DNA of 60,948 nucleotides, filler included. It is 5 parts of 5 records of this genome, joined end to end, with 100 filler letters (N's around TTAATTAATTAA, not from the genome) between each part and the next. Parts side by side here need not be neighbours in the genome. Positions count along the whole stretch, not along the records: positions 1 to 17,551 come from SRR31156797_4786; positions 17,652 to 29,368 come from SRR31156797_4794; 3 more parts are not named here. One strand, 5' to 3'. Below the pieces are notes generated by a model. That model saw only the letters and a list, made by a program, of their open reading frames with translations. It was not told the DNA's origin and ran no database searches. Position numbers and translations under genes: made by a program. Of this stretch, positions 9,500 through 18,313 are shown piece by piece. Numbering within the stretch: the stretch's first letter is position 1; each line of letters begins with the position of its first letter.

Positions 9500-12268
9500 A
9501 TGAACTCTGAAAATATAATCACCATTGACGGTCAAGGTTTTTCATTCGCTCCCGGTGAAACAATCCTCCGGGTGGCCCTGGGAAACGGCATCCAAATCCC
9601 GACCATCTGCCACTTGAAAGGCGCAACGCCTAACGGAAGATGCGGCATCTGTTTAGTGGCAGTAGAAGGCCATGCAGATCTTGTTCGGTCGTGCGTTTTT
9701 AAAGCGGAACCCGGCATCTCGGTTACAACGGGGTCCCCTGCAATCATACGGGAACGGCGGCATAACCTGGAAGTGCTGATGGCCTCCGGGCAGCACAATT
9801 GCCTATCCCAGAATATGGATGAGGACTCCTGGGCCGACTTTCAGCTGATGGCCGAAGACGCGGAGGAACATCACGAGACCTGCCCGGCATACGGCGTATG
9901 CCGTCTCCAGGAGTTGGCAATTCAGTACGAAGCGAAAATCCCCCCCACACAACCGAGATTTCCCCCATCTCCCATTGAGACCGTAAACCCCCTCATCGTT
10001 CGGGACTTCTCCCGCTGCATCCTCTGCGGCCGCTGCATTAAGGCCTGCAACGAAATCCAGGTGAACAATGTCATCCATTTTGATTCCGACGATTCGGCCA
10101 CCAAGGTCGTGACCAAGGGAGATCATCCCCTCCGGGATTCGGACTGTGTCTTCTGCGGGGAATGCGTTCAGGCCTGCCCCGTGGGCGCCCTCGTTCCGGA
10201 ACGGGACCTCCTCGGGGGCCCTCTGCAGGCCGAGGCCAAAAAGGTTCGCACCACCTGCCCTTACTGCGGTGTGGGATGCCAAATCAATCTCCATATTAAA
10301 GACAACAGGGTCGTCAGGGTCACGGGTGAGGAGGGGGCCGGGCCCAATCATGGAAGCCTCTGCGTAAAAGGACGATTCGGGTACGATTTCATCCATGATC
10401 CGGACAGGCTCAAAACCCCCCTGATCCGGGAGAACGGCGGCTTTCGGGAAGCGTCGTGGGATGAAGCCCTAAGGCTGGTAGCTGAAAGATTGCTCCTGAT
10501 CAAAAAAGAATCAGGCCCTGACGCCGTCGGCGTCATGACCAGCGCCAGGATCACCAATGAGGAGAATTACATAGCCCAGAAATTCACAAGGGCGGTGGTG
10601 GGAACCAACAATATAGACCACTGCGCCCGGCTCTGACATTCATCCACCGTGGCCGGTCTGGCCGCAGCCTTCGGAAGCGGCGCCATGACGAACCCCATCG
10701 AGGATATGGAGAAATCGGATGTGATTCTGATTACCGGATCAAACACCACGGAAAACCATCCCGTCCTTTCCGCTTATGTAAAGCGTGCGGTGGCCTTTGA
10801 AGGGACAAAACTGATTGTGGTGGACCCCAGAAAAATACCCATAACACGTCTTGCCACGATCTGGATGAGGCAGAACCCGGGAACGGATGTGATCTGGATC
10901 AACGGGATGATGCATATGATCATCAAAGAAAAATTATACCATGAAACATACGTGAACTCCCGGACCATCGGTCTGGAGGACTTGAAAAGGACGGTGGAAC
11001 AATATACCCCTGAATATACGGAAGCAATGACGGGAATCCCGACGGAAAAACTCCTGGAAGCGGCCCGCCTCTACGCCCGGGCGCCCGCGGCCTCAATCCT
11101 TTATGCCATGGGGATCACCCAGCACACCAGCGGAACCGACAATGTAAAATCCCTGGCCAACCTTTCCATGCTCTGCGGAAACGTGGGCATCAGAGGCGGC
11201 GGCGTAAACCCGCTCCGGGGGCAGAACAATGTGCAGGGCGCCTGTGATATGGGCGGGCTGCCCGATGTCTACACGGGATATCAGCGGGTGAGCGACCCGG
11301 CAGTACGGACACGAATGGAAAAGGCATGGGGGGTGGAAAAGCTTCCCGAAACCCCCGGACTCACCGCAACGGAAATGGCGCAGGCGGCCTACGAAGGGAG
11401 GCTTAAAGCCCTCTATGTCATCGGCGAAAACCCCATGCTCTCCGACCCCGATCTGAATCACGCCGAACGAGCCCTCAATCATCTGGATTTCCTGGTGGTT
11501 CAGGACATCTTCATGACGGAAACGGCATTAATGGCGGATGTGGTGTTTCCATCCGCTTCATTTGCGGAAAAAGAAGGATCTTTCACCAATACGGAGAGAA
11601 AAGTCCAGCGTGTACGAAAGGCGGTGTCATCGCCCGGCATGGCAAGGGCGGACTGGAAAATCATATGCGGCCTGGCGGATCGCATGGGATACCCCATGGA
11701 TTATGAGGATGTGGAAGCCGTCATGGGAGAAATATCCTTAGTCACCCCTTCCTACTGCGGCATCAATTACCAACGCTTGGAAATCGATGGGATCCACTGG
11801 CCGTGCACCGGAACGGATCACCCGGGAACGCCCTGCCTTCATATGGACCGGTTTACGTGCGGTCTCGGGGTATTTCATGCCGTGGACTTCAAACAGCCGG
11901 CGGAACTCCCCGATGACAAATACCCCTTATACCTCACCACGGGCCGTATCCTTTTCCAGTATCACACCGGAACCATGACCATGAAAACCCAAGGGCTTAA
12001 CGCGCTGGCACCGGAATGTTTCGTGGAAATCTCCGCCCGGGATGCAGAGGATTACGGAATCGGGGATGGGGATCTGCTGAGAATCGTATCGAGACGTGGC
12101 GAGATAGAGGCTGAGGCCAGGATTTCGAAAAAAGCCGTCAAAGGGACCCTCTTCATCCCCTTCCACTACGCCGAGGCCCCGGCCAACAGACTGACCATCG
12201 GGGCGCTTGACCCGATCGCCAAAATTCCCGAGTATAAGGTGTGCGCCGTTCGCTTGGAGAGGGTCTGA
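9500..12268 (+). CDS. fdhA: Formate dehydrogenase alpha subunit, selenocysteine-containing (922 aa by UGA recoding at 10634-10636)
   Basis: ORFs 9500-10636 and 10649-12268 are in the same frame; joined they read NIDHCARL-U-HSSTVAGL, the FDH active-site motif; RGQNNVQG and the C-terminal molybdopterin dinucleotide domain are present. Confidence 0.93.
10649..10665 (+). promoter_or_regulatory. Bacterial SECIS hairpin
   Basis: GTGGCC-GGTCT-GGCCGC stem-loop starting 12 nt after the in-frame TGA, with a GGTCT loop as in fdhF-type SECIS. Confidence 0.8.
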
Positions 12269-12486
12269 GTAGAAACTCGGCCCCTATAATCTGGTATAAT
12301 CGGTTGATATACTGTTCGCATTCATCAACAGGAGTGGATAGACCTTCCCTGATCGATTCTCTCATACCTGGAATGGACAACAAGGTCTTTTTTTCCCCTA
12401 TGTGCGTCAAGAATAAAACGCTTTCCGGGGCAGCAGTTTCACGGGGGAAACGTTCGTCAGATTATAAGTAACTTAAAGACTTCCGG

Positions 12487-15400
12487 TTATTTCCCCATCA
12501 AAACATGCTTAAGTTTCTCCGATAAAAGAGCAAACGAAAAAGGCTTTTGGATAAAATCCTGAGCGCCTGCATCCAGGATCTTCTTGGCGGGACCATCAAT
12601 GGCATACCCGCTTGAAACAATCACCTTAAGGTCCGGGCGAGCCTCCATGATAAGAGGATACACCTTTCCGCCTTCCATATCAGGCAATTTTATATCTAAT
12701 AGGGCAAGATCGATATCTCCATCAAAGGTTTCGGCTATATGAACGGCGTCCTTTCCAGTATTGGCCACCATAACCCGGTAACCTAACCGCCCCAACATCG
12801 CCTGGACAACGTCAATAACCACATCTTCATCTTCAATCATCAGTATCGTTCCGCTTCCTTTAACGACTTCAGTTTCTGCTCTTATTAATTTTTTTAGCGC
12901 CATCTTAATGGCAGGCAGATAGATCCGGACTGTTGTTCCCTTTCCCAACTCAGAGTCAACGGAAATCCAACCATCATGATTCATGACAATGCCGTACGCA
13001 GCAGCCATCCCCATCCCGCGACCCTGAAACTTGGTGGTGAAAAAGGGTTCAAAAACCCCATTTCTTGCTTCCTCATCCATGCCCTTGCCATCATCCTCGA
13101 TACTGAGGCAGACATAGGGGCCGGGCGTAAGACCGGGATGCTGTTTTGTGAAATCCTTGTCAAGATCTTCGTTTCCGGCAGTAATTCTGATAAGGCCCTC
13201 ATCTTCCATGGCCTCATTTGAATTGGACAATATGGCGGAGAGAACCATCTGCATCTGAGTTGGGTCGGCCTTAATATACGAGATATCTTTTGAAAAATGC
13301 GTTTCCACTCTCACTTCAGGGCTGAGGTCATGCTGCAAAATCGGCAAGGTTTCCGTCACGAAATCATCCAACTTCAGATTCTCCGGTCGATATTTCCCTC
13401 CTTGCGCATAGGCCAGCAATTGGTCGGTCAAACGGGACATCCGATGACTGGAACGCTTCATTCCCTCAAAATATTTATCGTGCCTTTTATCTTCAGATAA
13501 ATCTATTTCGAGCAGTTCCATGTTCCCCGTAACCCCCATCAGGGCATTGTTGAATTCATGGGCAACACCACCGGCCAATGTGGCAATGGCCTCCATCTTC
13601 CGGGCCTGTTGGAGTTGAGCTTCCAGGTGTTTTCTCCCTGATATATCGATCACAATTGAGCGACTTTCAATAATGTTCCCTTCACGATCCCTCGCTGGTT
13701 CAATAGAGACAATTACCCAAATGGAATGCCCATCCTTATGCTTCATCTGCAACTCTTCATCCCTTACGGATTCACCATCACTGAAACGTTTGAAAATTTC
13801 TTGGGCCTTTGACAATCCTTCAGGTGTATCAGCATATAAATCGAAAACTTTCATCCCCATTAGGGTTTCTCTATCATAACCCAACAACCGCATGGCGGCA
13901 GTATTAAATCGTGCGATCGACCCATCAGCGACGCTGATGGAAAAATAGGGATTTGGCGCATCCTCATACAGGTCACGATATCTCTCCTCGCTCTCCTGCA
14001 ACGCGTCCAAGGACTTGCTGACAAGGATCACTTCCGAAGTCGCGCCTGCAATTGTCTGCAGCAGGGCTTCCTCGCTGGGAGAGAGCGCCTGTTTGCTGAA
14101 GAGCGCGAGGACCCCCATGGGCATCCCCTCTTGCGACAGCATCCGATAGCCCGCAAACGACACCAGACCCAGTTCCCGCGCCCACTCATGGTTGTGGACG
14201 CGCGGGTCGTGCGTGACATCGTTGGTGAGAAATCCAGGCTCTTCGGCGACGGCAAGGCGCCCGATCTTATAGCAACCGAAAGGCACTCTCCCGTGCGATC
14301 CGTCGATGTGGATGTAGCGCCCTGAGCTGGCCGTTAGGTGAAGACATCTACCCCGGTCGCGACAGACGTGAGGTCCTTCGTTGACTTCGGCACGCAGGCA
14401 ACCGGAGTCGCACATGTCCCCTTGGTTCGTGAGCCAGATGCGGGCGAAGTCGGCGCCCAGAATATCGACCACGCCATCCGTGATGCGTTTCATCTTCACG
14501 GCCAACGAACCGGCGCCGAACAGGTCTTCCTTGAGACGGTGTACCGCTTCGATTCTCTCCTGTACCCGCTTGCGCTCGGTCATGTCCCGCGCAATCCCTA
14601 AAACGACACTCTCCCCTTTCATTTTCGTAATTATCGTTCTTATTTCCACCAAAATCTGACTGCCATCTTTCCTATTAAGCGTTAACTCGCTAGGTCCTGT
14701 GGCCTGACCTTTAATATTCTTTTCCAAGAGTTCAGCTGCTTTAGGCAACTGTTCCGGAGGTAATAAATTCAATTCGAATAAATTCTTATGGATTAATTCC
14801 TCCCTTCGATAACCCGTTAACTCTTCCGCTGCTTTGTTGCCGTCTATGAAATAGCCTTCCAGGTCGTTTAAATAATAGGCGTCGGGTGCAAAGGTAAATA
14901 ACCCCTTGAACTTCTCTTCACTCTCCCGCAAAGCTGCTTCAGCCCTTCTGCGTTCCGTGATATCTCGCGATACACCCATCATTCTCACAATGGCGTTTTC
15001 TGAATCACGTATCGCCTGTACCCGGTTTTCCATCCAGACGGTGGAACCGTCCTTGTGGTAGTATTCAACCTCAATAATAATGGACCGATCCAATTCAACG
15101 CCATCCTCTTTGTCGCGTTGAAGTTCTTCCATGAATCTTTTCCGTATTTCTTGAAGGGACTCTGGCGTAACGGTTTCTTCTATGGATTGTTCTTTTCGCT
15201 CTTCCGGTGTATACCCCAGCACCTTTTCGATTGAGGGGCTCACATAGACAGTACGGAAATCCAGCCCCAGGACCCAGACTATATCGAGCATGTTTTCGGT
15301 GATAAACCTGTATTTCTCCTCACCCGCCCTCAGCGATTCCTCACTCTGTTTGCGCTCTTCAATCTCCAGTTTGAGCCTCTCGTTGGTTTCATCCAGTTCT

Positions 15401-16113
15401 CTTGTACGTTCCTTTACCGATTCCTCCAGTTCATCATGGGTTTCTCTAACACGTTCCTCAGCCTGCCTGCGCAGCAAAGCAACCGAAATTTGTCTAATCA
15501 GAATTTCAATGGCATATTGGTTTTTTAATTTGCGTCCTTTAGGCAGAATAAAAGTAGTATTGCCAAACAATCGCCCCTTCCAGCTAAAGCCGATTGAATA
15601 TGCTTGTCCAAAGCCCAAGAGTGATGCAAATGCATTCCAGACCTCTTTTGGATCCCCAGGGGAAAGACCGATAATTTCGCCTGGTATTTCCACCAATTTG
15701 CTTGTTATTAAATTGCGTACAGCTTCATCATCTATTTTGAATGACATGCCGACCGGATCTCTACCAAAAATCTTTATAACAGCGTTGGCAAATTTGCCAA
15801 GTCCGACAACCCTTTGCAAACAGACGGTTTTGGTTTCCTCATTGAAAGTTGAGACGCCGACAATTGAATCGCCAACGAGTTCTTTAATCTTATCTGCGGC
15901 GAAATAGAGCAGGTTCTCTTCAAAGGGAAATTCAATCAACTCCATGGCTGTTTCTGATAAGAACTTCAACCAATGGTGTTTTTCATCTGCCCCCCCTTGC
16001 TTTAGATCAACCACTTCTTTTTCAAATTGCCGGATCCTTTGTTCCAGTTCTTCATAACTCAGTTTCTTGGCCATCACAAAATGCTCCGTTGACAACAAAC
16101 GAAAATGGCACAT
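12487..16113 (-). CDS. Hybrid sensor histidine kinase (GAF/PAS/PAS/GAF/PAS-HisKA-HATPase-REC); likely start 16074
   Basis: PAS motifs, AGGVAHEFNNAL H-box, DDGKGM, FEPFFTTK, C-terminal receiver LLDIKLP...FIQKPF. Confidence 0.92.
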   Translation of the reverse strand: MCHFRLLSTEHFVMAKKLSYEELEQRIRQFEKEVVDLKQGGADEKHHWLKFLSETAMELIEFPFEENLLYFAADKIKELVGDSIVGVSTFNEETKTVCLQRVVGLGKFANAVIKIFGRDPVGMSFKIDDEAVRNLITSKLVEIPGEIIGLSPGDPKEVWNAFASLLGFGQAYSIGFSWKGRLFGNTTFILPKGRKLKNQYAIEILIRQISVALLRRQAEERVRETHDELEESVKERTRELDETNERLKLEIEERKQSEESLRAGEEKYRFITENMLDIVWVLGLDFRTVYVSPSIEKVLGYTPEERKEQSIEETVTPESLQEIRKRFMEELQRDKEDGVELDRSIIIEVEYYHKDGSTVWMENRVQAIRDSENAIVRMMGVSRDITERRRAEAALRESEEKFKGLFTFAPDAYYLNDLEGYFIDGNKAAEELTGYRREELIHKNLFELNLLPPEQLPKAAELLEKNIKGQATGPSELTLNRKDGSQILVEIRTIITKMKGESVVLGIARDMTERKRVQERIEAVHRLKEDLFGAGSLAVKMKRITDGVVDILGADFARIWLTNQGDMCDSGCLRAEVNEGPHVCRDRGRCLHLTASSGRYIHIDGSHGRVPFGCYKIGRLAVAEEPGFLTNDVTHDPRVHNHEWARELGLVSFAGYRMLSQEGMPMGVLALFSKQALSPSEEALLQTIAGATSEVILVSKSLDALQESEERYRDLYEDAPNPYFSISVADGSIARFNTAAMRLLGYDRETLMGMKVFDLYADTPEGLSKAQEIFKRFSDGESVRDEELQMKHKDGHSIWVIVSIEPARDREGNIIESRSIVIDISGRKHLEAQLQQARKMEAIATLAGGVAHEFNNALMGVTGNMELLEIDLSEDKRHDKYFEGMKRSSHRMSRLTDQLLAYAQGGKYRPENLKLDDFVTETLPILQHDLSPEVRVETHFSKDISYIKADPTQMQMVLSAILSNSNEAMEDEGLIRITAGNEDLDKDFTKQHPGLTPGPYVCLSIEDDGKGMDEEARNGVFEPFFTTKFQGRGMGMAAAYGIVMNHDGWISVDSELGKGTTVRIYLPAIKMALKKLIRAETEVVKGSGTILMIEDEDVVIDVVQAMLGRLGYRVMVANTGKDAVHIAETFDGDIDLALLDIKLPDMEGGKVYPLIMEARPDLKVIVSSGYAIDGPAKKILDAGAQDFIQKPFSFALLSEKLKHVLMGK

Positions 16114-16475
16114 ACGCGTTTGTATTCATTAGTAGCGTGGCCCATTATATGGTCCATAAGGAACTATCTCTCTATTTTTTCCTTCATTGTATCCTAATAC
16201 AAATCCCATGGGGACTTGAAAAAACAAAATACACGGTTGAATAACAGCAACCGCTGGATGATCGTACAACTTCATACGACCTACAGCAATATGATTTCTC
16301 TGATGGCTGAAATATCGGGGGACATCAGATTATAAGTTACCTGAAGTTTTCGGTTCTTTCCCTACAATTGGGCAGCTTTAATACCGGCCTATACGAGTTT
16401 TGAGTAGCATATCAGCCTAATATCATACAATGATTGGGATATAAACTTATATCCTGAAGATGTCCCTTACAGGAT

Positions 16476-16742
16476 TTAATCTCGATACAGGAGGTTGTCC
16501 AAAAATTGGTCTCGCAATTCCCTTTTAAGAATTTTGCCGGCTGAGCTTTTGGGTAACCTGCTCACAGCGATGAATTCTTTTGGAACTTGAAAGGGTGAGA
16601 GACGTTCTCGCCTCCGGTGATGATCAAATCCTTGAGGCGATCGACAATGAACAGGTAGCCTTCCTCATCCAGGTATCCCACGTCGCCGGAATGGAGCCAG
16701 CCATCCTTCAGCACCCCGGTCGTAGCCTGAGGATTATCAAGT
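16476..16742 (-). pseudogene. Remnant of an AMP-binding acyl-CoA ligase
   Basis: Minus strand reads [35 protein letters not shown], then in a shifted frame [25 protein letters not shown]; no N-terminus and an internal deletion. Confidence 0.8.
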
Positions 16743-16779
16743 TAAAATTGTTACCAGACTATCATTTTTTGCGTTCGAC

Positions 16780-16810
16780 AAAAAAAGGCGGGATGACTCC
16801 CCGCCCTTTT
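16780..16810 (-). terminator. Rho-independent terminator after gcvPB
   Basis: A-tract, GGCGGG/CCCGCC stem, T-tract. Confidence 0.6.
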
Positions 16811-16843
16811 CTGCTTAATGGATGAAGCTGAGACTCTCGATCA

Positions 16844-17551
16844 TCACCCCTTGAGGCACGGCTTTCTTGCGGCGGCGGTTTCGTCGAGTCTCCTGACTTT
16901 TGTAATCCGGGGCGCATTGCCCAACGCCTCCGGGGCTTCTTTCGCTTCGCGGGCGATGGCCCGCATGGCGGCAATAAATGCGTCGATGCTCTCTTTGCTT
17001 TCCGTCTCCGTGGGCTCGATCATGATGGCGCCGCGCACCACCAGCGGGAAGTAGACGGTGGGCGGGTGAAACCCGTAGTCCATCAACCGTTTGGCAATGT
17101 CCAGGGTTGAGACTTTATTTTCCTGCTGAAGCGCATCGGAGAAGACGCACTCATGCATGCAGGGGCGGTCATAGGCCAGTCGGTAGACATCCCGCAGGCT
17201 CTCCTTGATATAGTTGGCATTGAGTACGGCCAGCGGGCTGACCTTGTGGAGGTCGGTTCCCATGCTGCGAATATAGCTGTATGCCCGTACCAAAACACCG
17301 AAGTTGCCGTAGAATGCATGAACCTTGCCCACTGATCGGGGGTAATTTTCTGAAAGCCGGTATCGGCCATGGGCTTCCACCACGCGGGGAATCGGCAGGA
17401 ACGGTTCCAGTTTTCGGGTTGTGCAGACGGGACCGCTGCCGGGACCGCCGCCGCCATGGGGTGTGGAAAAGGTCTTGTGCAGGTTCAGGTGCAGCACGTC
17501 CACCCCAAGGGAATTCACATCGACAATGCCCATGATGGCGTTCATGTTGGC
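16844..17551 (-). CDS. gcvPB: Glycine dehydrogenase subunit 2 (C-terminal part, truncated by contig end)
   Basis: HLNLHKTFSTPHGGGGPG PLP motif, DIAKRLMDYGFHPPT, MIEPTETES. Confidence 0.93.
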   Translation of the reverse strand, partial: ANMNAIMGIVDVNSLGVDVLHLNLHKTFSTPHGGGGPGSGPVCTTRKLEPFLPIPRVVEAHGRYRLSENYPRSVGKVHAFYGNFGVLVRAYSYIRSMGTDLHKVSPLAVLNANYIKESLRDVYRLAYDRPCMHECVFSDALQQENKVSTLDIAKRLMDYGFHPPTVYFPLVVRGAIMIEPTETESKESIDAFIAAMRAIAREAKEAPEALGNAPRITKVRRLDETAAARKPCLKG

Positions 17552-17651
17552 NNNNNNNNNNNNNNNNNNNNNNNNNNNNNNNNNNNNNNNNNNNNTTAAT
17601 TAATTAANNNNNNNNNNNNNNNNNNNNNNNNNNNNNNNNNNNNNNNNNNNN
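17552..17651. other. Artificial contig spacer
   Basis: N-run with central TTAATTAATTAA (stops in all six frames); base composition changes across it. Confidence 0.97.
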
Positions 17652-17681
17652 GTCCAATAGGTGGTCCAATAGGTGGTCCAA
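17652..17681 (+). repeat. 12-bp tandem repeat (GGTCCAATAGGT, about 2.5 copies) at contig start
   Basis: gtccaataggtggtccaataggtggtccaa. Confidence 0.7.
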
Positions 17682-17717
17682 GTTTGTTAAATTGATGTAC
17701 AAATAGAAAAAACAACA

Positions 17718-18113
17718 ATGAAATTTACCGTAGAAAAACTGGAACAAACTTACATCGAACTTTTTGGACTAGAGAATATTCCTCATGTTTTGAGCGTTGG
17801 TATCAGTAGAGCTCCTGAAAAAGTTTTGATTGAAGAAAACCTAAAAGCATTCTACAATATCCTAAAAGCCCTGGCTCACAAGTACGACTTCAACTATCCG
17901 GAAGACAAATTGCTCGACCTAGCTAAAAAAGTCAAAAACATTGTAGACGATAAAGCCAAATACACCGACTGGAGCAAACGGGACGACATCAAAGCCGAGC
18001 TAAAAGTAGATCTCATCATCCTGTTAGCAGAAAACGACTACCCACCTGTTGATCGAGACGAAGTATATAAGGAGATCTTTGAACAGGCAGAGAATTTTAA
18101 GAAGTGTCAGTAG
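17718..18113 (+). pseudogene. hsdR: Internally deleted type I restriction subunit R (N-terminal stub joined to DUF3387-like C-terminus)
   Basis: MKFTVEKLEQTYIEL resembles HsdR N-termini; AFYNIL...KYTDWSKRDDIKAELKVDLIILLAENDYPP...EIFEQAENFKK resembles the HsdR C-terminus; only 131 aa. Confidence 0.65.
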
Positions 18114-18249
18114 TGTAAATAAATCATTCGAACATGAGTCACTCACATCGATTCAAATGTATCACTTCTTTTTGCTGATATTTCAAAAAAAATTAGATGT
18201 GGTTTTTAAAATTAAATAATCATAAAAAGATAGATTCCGAAGAATTTGT

Positions 18250-18295
18250 AAAAAGAAGCCGTATCACAACAAAACTTCTGATACGGCTTCTTTTT
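18250..18295. terminator. Bidirectional rho-independent terminator
   Basis: AAAAAGAAGCCGTATCA...TGATACGGCTTCTTTTT between convergent genes. Confidence 0.8.
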
Positions 18296-18313
18296 ATAAA
18301 ATTAGTGTTTATT

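Noticed and set aside
10649-12268. Separate 539-aa gene, or a nonsense-mutated fdhA
   Set aside because: Better explained as the continuation of a selenoprotein
16580-16825. 81-aa plus-strand ORF
   Set aside because: Antisense shadow of the acyl-CoA ligase remnant
17552-17651. TTAATTAATTAA palindrome in N-runs (four occurrences)
   Set aside because: Identical artificial linkers between contigs, not biological; ORFs running into them are truncated artefacts
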